Positions 52,818 to 63,251 of a stretch of 64,000 nt of DNA are shown here, piece after piece (within the stretch, counting starts at the first letter, position 1; the number at the start of each line of letters is the position of its first letter). The notes under the pieces are model-generated. The model was not told where the DNA came from and made no database searches. It saw only the letters and a program-made list of their open reading frames with translations. The DNA is from Prasinococcaceae sp. CCMP 1430 (lineage: Eukaryota; Plantae; Prasinodermophyta). A program made the position numbers and the translations under genes. The stretch is from positions 36,576 to 100,575 of the forward strand of contig RQSC01001018.1 of assembly GCA_013416795.1 (NCBI GenBank), read 5' to 3'.

Positions 52818-55329
52818 CTACGGCTGTGCGACCTTGTCCTCCATCTCCTCTCGCTTGGCCTTCGTGAGGCGGGGGGCTGCCGCGCGCGGCTCGCGCGCGC
52901 CCCCGTCCTTCTTCGTGCCGCCCCACTTGGACTCCCAGGAGCCCGCTGGGAGCTTGCCGAGCTGCTCCTCCAGCGCGTCGGTGAACTTGAGCGAGTTGGC
53001 GCCGCTGTGCCTGTGCACGAGCTCGCCGCCCTTGTAGAAGAAGAAGGATGGCGTCGCCGAGAGTTTGAGGGTGTCCTTTGCGAGCCGCACAAGGCTGGCG
53101 TTTTCGTTGGCGTACAGCCGCAAGAAGCGTGCTTCCGCTCGATTTGCTGCCCCGATCGTGTCGAAGCGCGGCACGAAGCGCTTGCAGGGCGCGCAGCTCG
53201 TGATCCCCACCATGATGACCACCACCCTCCCGCCCGCCACCGCCTCCTCGTCGATCACCTGCTCCAGGGTGCGCGGCGAGTGCACCACGGTCACTGCGGG
53301 GCCGCCGACTGCGTACAACCACCATCGCTCGAACTCTTCGAAGCTCACGACTTCGTTGTTGTCGCTGTCAACGTCCAGCAGCAACTCGCGCAGCTCGTCC
53401 TCCGGGAGGGTCACGCCCAGCGCGCCGACCAACCTCGCGAACGCGTCCAGGCTGATGACACCCTTGCCGCGGCTGAACTCGTCGAAGAGGTTGCGCAGCT
53501 CCTTGCGGCTCACCAGCTCTGGGCTCACGGCGGTCGCCCTGCCTACCGCGGCGCGCACGCTGGCGACGTCCTCGCGGAAGCGGTGCAGGAACGCGCCTCC
53601 GAGCGCCGCGCCGCGGACGCCCTGCGTCTCGGCGGTGCCGTCGATCTCCGCGACGAAGGCGCGCGTCACCGGCGCGCGCGGCCCGTCGGCACACAGGTTC
53701 GCGCGCTCCGACCAGAGTTGAAAGGCGTCGGCGGCGCTTCCCGCGACGCAGAACGCCGACACGCGCTTCCCGCGCGTGCGCAGGGTGCTCTCGACGCGCG
53801 CCAGCTGCCTCGCCAGCCGCTCCGCCCACGCGTCCCACAGCGGCGAGCTGGCGTCCTCCTTCGGCGACGGCAGCGGCGCCGCGGCACCGCCCTCGGGCCA
53901 GCGCCACAGCTCGGCGTCGCGCAGATCGGCGTTGCGCACCACGGCGCCGTCCTTGAAGAGGGCCAGGTACAGGTCGTCGCTGGCGGCGGCGACGTAGCAG
54001 ACGAGGCCCGACGAGGACGATGGCACGGCGCTGCTATCGGCGCCGTCGGACGACGAGGCGGTGGTCTCGCCGTCCGAGTCGGACTTCGGGACCGTCGCCT
54101 CGGCCTCGATGGCGGCAATGGTGGCGTAGCCGTGCGCCTCGACGTTGGTGAGAACGCACACCTCGCGGCCGCAGCGCTCGGAGAGCACGCCCTCCGCCTC
54201 GGCGCGGCCCAGCTTGGCCGCGGCGGGCGCCACCCCCTGCGCCTGGTCGAGCGACGGCCCCTTCCTCCTGTCCGCGGCTCGGCCGTCGCTGCTACTGGGC
54301 ACGAGCAGGCCGGGGAGGGCGACGCCCACGTCACCCTGCCACTTGGCCCGCGCGACGAGCACTTTAAGGGCATCGCCGATCTGCTTGAGCGAGGTGGCGT
54401 CCTCAAGCGGCTGGTCGAGAAGGAAGGTGTCGGCGACGGTGCCGTCCTCGCCGTACCTTTTGCCGACGGCGCGCAGCTCACCCGTGGCGACGTCGACCAC
54501 GCCGGCGCGCATGACGCCTCGCGACGGCTGGATATAGCAGCCAAGCAGCGCAGGGCGGCGCGCGAGCGCCTCTTCGAGCGCTACGTCGCCCTGCGCGGCG
54601 ACGGCCTCGATGGCGGCGTCCAGTGAGTCGCGGCAGCCCGTCTCGTCGTCGCACTCCACTTGCACCCCCAATACCTCCGCCGACGCGCGCCCAAGCGCCA
54701 GCAGCGCCTCCGCGGCGGGGCCGCTGGCGTAGCGCCCCAGCGCCTGCCGGTTGCTCGACACTGCCTTGTATAGCAGCGCCGCCGCCGCCGAGAGCACGGG
54801 CAGCCGCGCCAGCTTAAACAGCCACCCCCAGCCGACCAGCTCGAAGAGCTTCTCGAGCGCGTCCAGGCCGGTGAGCACGACGTCCTCGTCGTCGTCGGAG
54901 AAGTCCGCCTTCTCCTCGGAGAACTCGGCCGTGGAGCAGGGCACGATCACGTGGATGGTCTCCATGGCGCGCTCGAACGACACGCCCGAGTTGGCGGCGG
55001 CATCGTAGCCCTTCTTGCTGATGTCGACGAAGGTGATCTGCTCGCCGCCGGGGCGCCTGGCGAGCGCGTCGCGCAGGGCGCGGCACACGGGGCACGCGCC
55101 GTCGTACAGGTAGCGCGCGGCGACGTTGCCCTGCGACACCGGGCGGCGCGACGCGTCCGCGGCAGGCGCAGGGGATGTGGACGCAGCCGCGGGCGCGGGC
55201 GCGGGCGCCCCTTCCTCGGGCTCCGTCCTGAGGCCACGAGGAGGATAGACGCGAGCTGCAGAAAAGGATGGCCAACTTCGCGCCTGCTTCTAGATGCTCG
55301 TTCTGCTGATGCCACCGATGCAATGAGTG

Positions 55330-55360
<31 letters not shown>

Positions 55361-55379
55361 ACACTGTGTGTGTGTGTGT

Positions 55380-55441
<62 letters not shown>

Positions 55442-55623
55442 ATTGACGCAGCGGGAGTGGCGCTGGTGGATGCGTCGGGCGGCGGCTTGGCGGGAGCGCG
55501 CGCCCTCCGGCCCTCCGCGACGGCCGGTTGCGGGCGAGGGGGCGGAGGAGGGACTGAGGATGGGGGAGAGGCGGAAGCTGGCTGTGGCCGCGGCGGCGCT
55601 CGCGGTGCTCGCGGCGCTCGCAT
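52818..55623 (-). CDS. Multidomain protein: DCC (DUF393) + ROK/polyphosphate-glucokinase-like + 2 EF-hands + thioredoxin; first exon tentative (55623-55442)
   Basis: YDGACPVC; WQGDVGVALPG...VLTNVEAHGYA...GAAL; DVDSDNNEVVSFEEF; SCAPCK...ATPSFFFYKGGE. Confidence 0.8.
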
Positions 55624-57718
55624 TGCCAGTGGCAGCACTGGCCGACTTGGAGACGCCGACAACAGGTGCTGGCGCCGCACAGCAGGTCAAGAAGGACGAG
55701 GGGGGCGCCGCGCAACAGCCCAAGGGCGCGACGGGCGCCGTCGCCACGCAGTCGAAACCGCTGTCAGATCACGTCGGCGAGGGCCTCGTCGCCGCCAACA
55801 TCTACTTCGTGGCCTCGGCCGACGACTTCGGTCGCGCCGTGCGCGATGCCCCGCACGGTGTGTGTGTGCTGTGCGCGCGTGTGTGCTGCTTGAGTGTGTT
55901 GCGTGCGCGCGTGTGTGTGTGCTCTGCTCATGCGCGTGTACACCGCTGCATGCACGCTGACGCGACACCCACACAAACGCACGCGCGCGCGCACACAAGC
56001 GCTCGTGTTCTTCTACGGCAGGGGGTGCATCAAGCACCAGTGCAGACCGACCGCGCGGGCGACGATGGACGTCCTGGCCAAGGGTGTGCAAGCGTCTGTC
56101 CCGCGCGTGTACAGTGGAAGCGACGCGGCGAGCGAGGCCTCCTTCTTGTCGAACGACAACAAGGTGGGGCGCTCGAAGCGAGCAGCCTATCGCGCACATG
56201 CTACCGCCGTCACGGTGCTCGTAGATGCGGCCGCGCGGTGCCTGATGTTCGGCATCGTTCGCTCGTGCGGTCATGTCTGCCGTGCAGCTGAGGCTGTTGA
56301 TCGATCGTGTGACAAGCACGAGGCACTCGCAGACTCACACGCCACGCAGCTGCCAGATCTGACCCATCGCGCCCTCGCCCGTCGTCCCCTTGCGCGCGCG
56401 CCCGCGCACTCCTCGAGAGCAGATCATCGCCCTGACGGTGGACTGCGGCACGTCCCGCAGGGACAAGCTTCGTGCGCTGTGCAACATGTACGACACAACC
56501 GGCTACCCCACCGTGAAGATGTTCCACCGCAGGGACAACTATGACGAGGCGAACCAGATCCTCGCGCTTGAAGAGTCCAACAGCAGCCCTGACACGGAGC
56601 TCAACCTTTATGATGACAACGGCATCTACAAGACCGCGGGCTACGTGGCGCACACAAAGAGCGATACGAAGCTCGGAGCAGTCATTCGCGAGTATCGCGG
56701 CGAGTTCGCCCCCGCCCCGCTCGCTGAGTGGGCCGCGCGGCGCGCGATGCCCTCGCTCACCGTGCGCACACTCGCGAGCGACGATGAGGCAACTGCCTTC
56801 AAAGACTTTGACGGCGCTGCAGCGGGCGTCGGCGTGCGTTTCGTTGCTACTGTTCCAGAGCCCATAACCGAGGGCGGGCCTCCGTCGTGGCAAGAGCGCG
56901 TCTTCGTCGACGCCGTGATCGATGCCGTGTGCGGGAGCAGCTTCGAGCATGCGCAATTCGCCATGCAGCGCGTCAACCCTGCAGAAGCTGCGATCACCGT
57001 GACGGCGCATTTTTCGAGCGCCTTGAACGATCCTCGCAGCGGCAGCGAGCACACCTTCGAAGTGGAGCCGCGCCTGAGCCCGTACGACGACACGCATGGG
57101 CACAGCGAGCCCGCTCTGCGGCGTTTCTTCAAGGCGCAGGCATGGCCGCTGGTGAATGTACTGACTGATGCCGACTCGCACGACGCACTCATGGAGCATA
57201 TCGGCGGAGGCGACGGGCTGAGCGGTGAAGACTCGGTGCTGTTGGTCCTGGCGGCCGATGACAGCGACATCGCGGGGGACGCCGAGATACACGCGCTCGC
57301 GCTGCAGCTCACTACTGCCGGCGAGCTGGCGAAGAACGCATCCGCGGCCGGGAGGCCCAAGGTCGTGTCGGCTGAGTCGAACCTGCCCCCGTCCGCCGGC
57401 CTGCGCGTGGCAACGCTCTCGCCTTCAGCCTCGATAGCAAAGCAAGTCATGCACTATTGCCGCATTGAAGCGGCCGATGTGCCAGCGGCGCGCATCGTGG
57501 ACCTGCGCGAGATGCGCGTGTATGCGCCACCGAAGGGAAAGGCCGAGGGCAGCGCCGACGTGTCTGTTCCTGCGCTGACCGAGTTTGCCAGTGCATTCCT
57601 CGCTGGTGAGCTTACCCCCATATCGGACGGCGCGTTGGTCTTTCCTATGTACAGCACAGCACCCCGGTCCGGCACGACTTCGCGCGTCGTGGCGGGGAAA
57701 GCAAGGGACGAGCTGTAG
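55560..57718 (+). CDS. ER-resident PDI-like thioredoxin-fold protein with signal peptide and C-terminal RDEL; 3 exons
   Basis: LAVAAAALAVLAALALPVAALA signal; LVFFYGRGCIKHQC, VDC...LC...GYPTVKMF; ends RDEL*. Confidence 0.7.
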
Positions 57719-57822
57719 CAGTCGAGCGCGATACACACAGCGCGTGCCGCCATCGCCCGTTGCGGGCGCTCCCTTTAAAGGATCCAAGACGTCTGCCCAA
57801 CTTACACGGAGCCCCATCGGTT

Positions 57823-59619
57823 TTACAGTGCGGCCGCGGCCGCGCCCAGCATGATGGCAGCGGCTCGCGCACCAGCGTCCTCCTCTGACAGGGCCTCAGC
57901 CGCCACGTACGAGCTGCGACCGGCGCGCGCTGCCATGCCAGCTGTGGTACGTGCGCCCGCATCGGCAGCCGCAGCAGCAGCGGCCAGCGCCTCACCCGCG
58001 CTCGCTCCGCTCCCGAACATCTCCGCCATCACGTTCGCCGCAGGCACGAGCGCGTCGAGCATTGTCCGGTCGCCGACCGTCGCGCCGCCGTACGAGGAGA
58101 CTGCCGCAACCCCTGCGCTAAATCCCGACGACAACACCCCGAAGGCAGCAGCCCCCGAGGCCTCCTCGGTGGTGCTGGCGCCCATGAGCGCCGCCTTGAC
58201 TGCGGCGAACAGGATTGAGTAGAGCGCGCCAGAGGTGCCGCCCATGTCCGACATGGCGATGCTTGCGCACGACGCTGCAAGCGCACCGGGTGAGAACACA
58301 TCCCCGTCGAGCTTGCACATCGCCGCCTTGACGCACTCCGCGCCGCGGCGCATGGTCGCACCGCAGTCGCCGTCTCCGGCGCGCGTGTCAAGATGTGCGA
58401 GCGTTGCCTCAGCAGCGATGAGTGCGTCGCACGCCGCGAGGATGGCCGCACGCGTGGCGTTGCATGCCGGAGCACCCATGCGCAGCCCTGCGGTGGCGCC
58501 GATGTCGGCGTCATCGCTCCCGGGCGCCGCGTCTGGCACGTCCGCAGGCAGGGGCTCGCTCGGCGCGGTGAGCTCCCGCGGCCACGCAGGCGCGCTGGTA
58601 GGAGCGTCCATCGCCCTGAGCAGCTCGCCTCCATTGTCGAGCCTCAGCACGCTCAACGAAGCCCCTGCCATGTCGAGCGCGCTCATGTAGCAGCCGACCA
58701 TCATGCGCTCGACGCTCGCGCCCTTGGCCACGATCCACGCCAGCGCCTCGCTGGCCACCACGGCCAGCTCCCCCGGCGGAGTGGCGCCCAATGAGTTCAC
58801 GACAAGCATGTACTTAGCGCCGTCTTCAAATTGCAGGTAGGTGTCGTTGATGTGCTGTAGCATCTCCCCCACCACCTCGCGCGCGTGGCCGATGGCCCTC
58901 TTGTAGGCGCCGGCCTCTCCGTGAATGCCCAGACCGACCTCGATTTCGCCAGCCTTGATGCGCTCGGGCTTGCAGCAGCCGGGCGTCGCGGCCGTGCTGA
59001 GCGCCACGCCCATCGTGGCGATGCTGTCGGCGGCAAGGCGGGCGGCCCTGGCCACGTCGGGGAGCGGGCAACCCCGAGAGGCCGCCTCGCCCGCGCACTT
59101 GTGAACGAGGATGGTGCCCGCCAGCCCCCTGCGCCCCGCGACACCGACCTTGTCCCTGGGCACGGCACAATCCTCCCCGACCACCACCATGTCGCACGCG
59201 ACACCCTCCGACTTGAGGGTCTCGACCGCAAATCCAAAGTTGAGCCTATCGCCGGTGTAGTTCTTGATGACGAAGAGCACTCCCGAGCAGCCCGCCGCGG
59301 CGCACGCGCGGCCGGCGGCCACACACGCCGCTGCCGACGGCGATGCGAACACCTCGCCGCAGACCGCCGCCGCGAGCATGCCCTCGCCGATCCAACCTAC
59401 ATGCGAGGGCTCGTGACCGGATCCACCGCCAGAGATAACGGCGACCTTGCCGCTCAGCCGCTTCCCCATGTCGGCGCGCAGCGCGACCTTGTGGCCGCTC
59501 GCCGGGTCGAGCACCGCGAGCGGCGCCGAGGGCGGCGCGCACCTCACGGCCGCTGCGAGCATGTCCGCCGCGGCCGCGTCGGGCGCGTTGAGCAGCTTGG
59601 GGGCGGCGGCGCCCGCCAT
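57823..59619 (-). CDS. DAK: Dihydroxyacetone kinase (Dak1+Dak2)
   Basis: ISGGGSGHEP, GEVFASP, KNYTGD, RRGLAGT, GIHGE, GDGDCG, MGGTSG, GDRTMLDAL, AGRSSY. Confidence 0.95.
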   Translation of the reverse strand: MAGAAAPKLLNAPDAAAADMLAAAVRCAPPSAPLAVLDPASGHKVALRADMGKRLSGKVAVISGGGSGHEPSHVGWIGEGMLAAAVCGEVFASPSAAACVAAGRACAAAGCSGVLFVIKNYTGDRLNFGFAVETLKSEGVACDMVVVGEDCAVPRDKVGVAGRRGLAGTILVHKCAGEAASRGCPLPDVARAARLAADSIATMGVALSTAATPGCCKPERIKAGEIEVGLGIHGEAGAYKRAIGHAREVVGEMLQHINDTYLQFEDGAKYMLVVNSLGATPPGELAVVASEALAWIVAKGASVERMMVGCYMSALDMAGASLSVLRLDNGGELLRAMDAPTSAPAWPRELTAPSEPLPADVPDAAPGSDDADIGATAGLRMGAPACNATRAAILAACDALIAAEATLAHLDTRAGDGDCGATMRRGAECVKAAMCKLDGDVFSPGALAASCASIAMSDMGGTSGALYSILFAAVKAALMGASTTEEASGAAAFGVLSSGFSAGVAAVSSYGGATVGDRTMLDALVPAANVMAEMFGSGASAGEALAAAAAAADAGARTTAGMAARAGRSSYVAAEALSEEDAGARAAAIMLGAAAAAL

Positions 59620-59785
59620 CGCGTCGCCGATCGCGCGCGCGCGCGCGCCTGAGGCTCGCTAGGGGTCAAGGGGTGGGTCGGCTGCGGCTGCGGGCCTCGT
59701 CGCGAATGCGATGTGTGGCGCATGCGGGCTGCTGTGCGCAGCACGTCCACCCCTGCCTCATTTTTACGTGTGTTTTGCGCTTACG

Positions 59786-60446
59786 TCATTCTGCAACGTG
59801 CAGCAGCACGTCCGCCATGCGCACCACAGAGGCGCCCCCGAGGTATCGCTCGACCTGCGCCAGCCCCTCCTTGTGCGCGGCCTCCCCTCCGAAGGCGGCG
59901 CAGGCCTCCTCTACCACGAAGCAGCGCCACCCGCGCTCGAACGCCGCCATCGCGGTGCTCGCAACGCAGAAGTTCGTGTGGATGCCCGCGAGGTACACCT
60001 CCTCTATGCCGTTTGCGCGCAGTCGCGCGTCGAGTTCGGTGGCGTGGAAGGCACTGTAGTGGTATTTGGGCACGTGCTCGAGGACGAGTGCGTCGCATGG
60101 CGGTCGGTCGGGCGGCGAATGCCCCTTCTGAGTCGCCGCGGCCGCGTACCGCGCAAGCCGGGGGTGCAAGAGAGCGCCGGCGGTGCCAGCTCGTCCAACG
60201 TCGGGGTGCAGCCACGTGAGGCTGGTCGCATCCGGGTCGCTGATCCACAGCCGCGCGTCTACGGCGAAGTCGAACCGCCGCGGCGCCGCGGCAATCAGCC
60301 GCTCGGTCGCTGCCAGCGCGGCCTCGGCGTGCCCGCGATCACACCACTCGAGCTGCTCCACCGTCATGTCGATGACCACCAAGGCCGCCTTCTTCTTCGA
60401 GGGAGGCGCCGGCGCGGCCGGCGCGGCCCGCGCCGCCGCCGGCCCC
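59786..60446 (-). CDS. Isochorismatase-family cysteine hydrolase (5' end in gap)
   Basis: ALVVIDM, K...SAF, AGIHTNFCVAST catalytic D-K-C triad. Confidence 0.85.
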
Positions 60447-60526
60447 NNNNNNNNNGGGGGGGGGGGGGGCCACACCGCGCGCGGGGCGCGGGGCGGCGGG
60501 TCCTCGGGCCTCCGGGGGCGGTCGCG

Positions 60527-61312
60527 ATGGTGGCGTCGTTCGCCCGCGCGGGCCTGCTCGCGCTCGTGGGCGCGGCCGCGCTCGCCGCGGCCGCGCCGCC
60601 GCTCTCCTTTGCCGCCGCCAAGGTGCCCGGCGGCATCTACCCGGAGGGCCACTTCGGCTGGGCGACCGAGGTCAAGACGCAGACGCAGCTCGAGTTGCTC
60701 GTCGACCGCGCCATCGCCTCGGAGAAGACGCTCATGGTCCGCTGGATTGCCTCCGAGGGATGAGGCTGATGACGGAAGCAGGCGCCGGCGTGGAACGCCG
60801 TCGTCGCTTCCTTCCGCAACGAGAGCAACCTGGTGCAGTTCGCGGACGTGTGCCTCCAGCGGGCGCGCGTTTACGAGGTCTACAGGTACCCGCAGAGCCC
60901 GGGTAAGGGCGGCTGGCCCACCATCCGGTACTTCAACGCCGAGACTGGTCAGGCAGGCAAGCCATACACGCAACTGCACAGCGACATGTCCATTTGCACG
61001 TACGTCGAGCCGCACCCCCTTCTCGCGCGCGTGCGCTCCCCGCCCGCCCCCTCCCCCTCACCGCCCGCACTCTTCGCCCCCCCGCCCGGTGCACCGCCAC
61101 ACAGCGGCACAGTGCGCGGCAGCTGACCCAGCTCTGCCGTATCCCGCGCCTCCACGACCCCCGCATCCCTCCCCGCTCTCCTCCCGCGCCTGCGCTTTAT
61201 TCCCAGGGAACTCGGCGACGTGGGCCGCATGTTGGACTACGTCAAGCTCGCGAGCGGTGCCGTGCCACCAAGTGGCAAGGACGCCGAACGTGAAGACCAC
61301 ACCGACCTCTAA
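60527..61312 (+). CDS. ER thioredoxin-fold selenoprotein with G-U-G-U-U motif (PDI_e-type); exons 60527-60999, 61207-61312
   Basis: Signal peptide; ...VRWIASEG-TGA-GGC-TGA-TGA-RKQAPAWN...FADV...GGWPTIRYFN...CT|ELG...HTDL*; SECIS-like hairpin downstream. Confidence 0.88.
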
Positions 61313-61470
61313 GCGCGTCGAGAGGACCGTACTGTTCGACAGACGCCTCAGCGGCTACCGCATGGCGGGCCGACATGCGCGTGGCTGTTTGTTCCCTTCG
61401 AAATCCCCGGGGGTCGCGCGGCGCATCCCTCGCTGCTCACCGCCGGCGCGCAACGACGCCCCGGCGTCCA

Positions 61471-61552
61471 CGCGCCATCCCCTCGCACGCATGACGCCCG
61501 CCTTCTCAGCCGCGACGGCGAAGGCGCGGCCGAGCGACGCATCCCTGGCGCG
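61471..61552 (+). promoter_or_regulatory. Candidate type-II SECIS element
   Basis: ATGAC (61491) / CGAG (61531) core; stem GCCCGCCTTC:GAAGGCG(C)GGC; apical TCA plus GCCG-CGA-CGGC mini-stem; lower helix CGCGCCA:TGGCGCG. Confidence 0.75.
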
Positions 61553-62173
61553 CACACCCACCTACCCCTCCCACACCCGCGAGTCCGTGCGCGCACTCAC
61601 CTGCTCTCGAGTGCGCCGCGGCCGCTCGCACGCCTGGCGTGCAGAGCGCGCGGACAGACGGCCGTTGTTGCGGCGGCCCGAACAGGTGTGGGGGGTGGGG
61701 GGGAGGGGGCGGGCGCGCGCGCGTGGGTGTGCACCCACGCGCGCGCGGCCGCTCAGCGGCAGGGGCGGTGGGGGGAGACCGGCGGCGGCGCGAGGACCCG
61801 CGCCGCGCGACCCCGGGCCATCAGAGGACCGCAGGCAGTCTTTTCTTTCGCGCTCCGCCCGCGTACGTAACGGAGCGCGTGAGCGCGCACATACGCTCGC
61901 GTACCGCACGCAGGCACGCGCGGGCACGCGCACTGCGCGCTGGCGCGACCGCGTCGTGCGCGCGCGCGCGTACGTGTATGTGCGTGCGTGCCCGTTGCGC
62001 GTGTGCTGGCGTGCGCTGTGCGTGTGCGTGCGTGCGTGCCGGCGTACACAAAAACGTCGGCTTCAACGGCTCGGCCGGCGGCGCGGCGTGGCGCGGTGCG
62101 GCGCGCCACTCTCCTCCTCCTGCCCGCAGACAGGCGCGGGCGCGGCCCTCCTATTACGCGCTTCTCGCGCCCC

Positions 62174-62404
62174 TCACTCGTCCATGTTGGCGAACTCGAG
62201 CGCGAAGTCGTCGCGCTCGATGGGCTGGCCCGCCTCCTCGCCGAAGTAGTCGCCGAACTGCATTTGGTAGACGGCGTCGGGATCCTGCGTCTCCACCTCG
62301 ACGTCGGTAAGCGCGAAGCCCACGCACATCAGGCCGTAGCCCTCCTCGCGCAGCTGCTTGGACAGCCCGATGGCCTCGGGCTGCCAGAACTCGCCCGATT
62401 TGAC
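62174..62404 (-). CDS. FdC2: Ferredoxin C2-like, last exon only
   Basis: VKSGEFWQPEAIGLS...GYGLMCVGF...ETQDPDAVYQMQFG...IERDDFALEFANMDE* matches the FdC2 C-terminal extension. Confidence 0.85.
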   Translation of the reverse strand, partial: VKSGEFWQPEAIGLSKQLREEGYGLMCVGFALTDVEVETQDPDAVYQMQFGDYFGEEAGQPIERDDFALEFANMDE

Positions 62405-62540
62405 CTTGGCGGGTGGCGAGGGCGGCGAGGGTGCGAGGGCGGGGTGTGTGTTTGTTCGCGTGTGTGCGCTCGTGTATATGCCATGCGCTGACGACGCCCC
62501 TGCCCTCTGAAACACCTGCCTCGTGTTGTCATCGCCTCAG

Positions 62541-62676
62541 GTACGCCACGCACGGCAGCGTCGCGCTGGGCGAGATGGCCGCCGCGCGGCTGTCCGCGGC
62601 GGGGCGCGCGCCGTACGTCGTTCCTGTGGGTGGCTCCAATGCGCTGGGCACGTGGGGCTACCTGCTTGCTGCCAAG

Positions 62677-62716
<40 letters not shown>

Positions 62717-63251
62717 ATGTCACGTGCGCGTGCGCGCTGACACAATGCCCCGCACCTCCTCCCCGCATCCCCCCCCCCCACCCCACCCCACACACACACT
62801 CGATAGGAGCTCGCCGAGCAGGCGGACGACGCCGGCGTGGGCGTTACCGACGTGGTGGTCGCGACGGGCTCGGGCGGCACCGCCGCAGGGCTCGCGCTCG
62901 GGGCGAGGCTCGCGCACGAGCACGCAAACGCGGGCGAGGGAGGCGGCAGTGGCGAAGGTGGAGGCCAGGTGCGGACGCGCGCGCGCGCACACACGCACGA
63001 ACACACACACACACGAACACACACAAACACACACACACACATAGCACAAACGCGCCAGCGCACGCGCTGACGCGCGCGCTCCGCCCGCTTCGCGTCTTTG
63101 GCGCATCCTCAGCCCCCGCGCGTGACTGCGTACTCGGTGTGCGACTCCCCCGAGTACTTCTACGACTACTGCCAGGGCCTCATCGACGGCATGGCGGGCG
63201 TCGGCGTGGGCGAGGGGGGCGAGGGTGATGGCGCCGGGGCGTACGATGCGC
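62541..63251 (+). CDS. DCD: D-cysteine desulfhydrase (PLP-dependent, ACC deaminase family), internal exons 62541-62676, 62807-62968, 63113-63251
   Basis: PYVVPVGGSNALGTWGY, DVVVATGSGGTAAGLALG, YSVCDSPEYFY. Confidence 0.85.

Noticed and set aside
52482-54626. 714-aa plus-strand ORF (and similar ORFs antisense to CTPS, RNR2, TAF6 and CUL3)
   Set aside because: GC3-driven shadow ORFs with no recognisable motifs
59711-60763. ORF-track protein ending at TGA 60763, or a pseudogene interpretation of the three stops
   Set aside because: All three stops are TGA at the redox-motif position, the frame and splice sites stay intact afterwards, and a SECIS-like element follows; the ORF's 5' part is antisense to the isochorismatase
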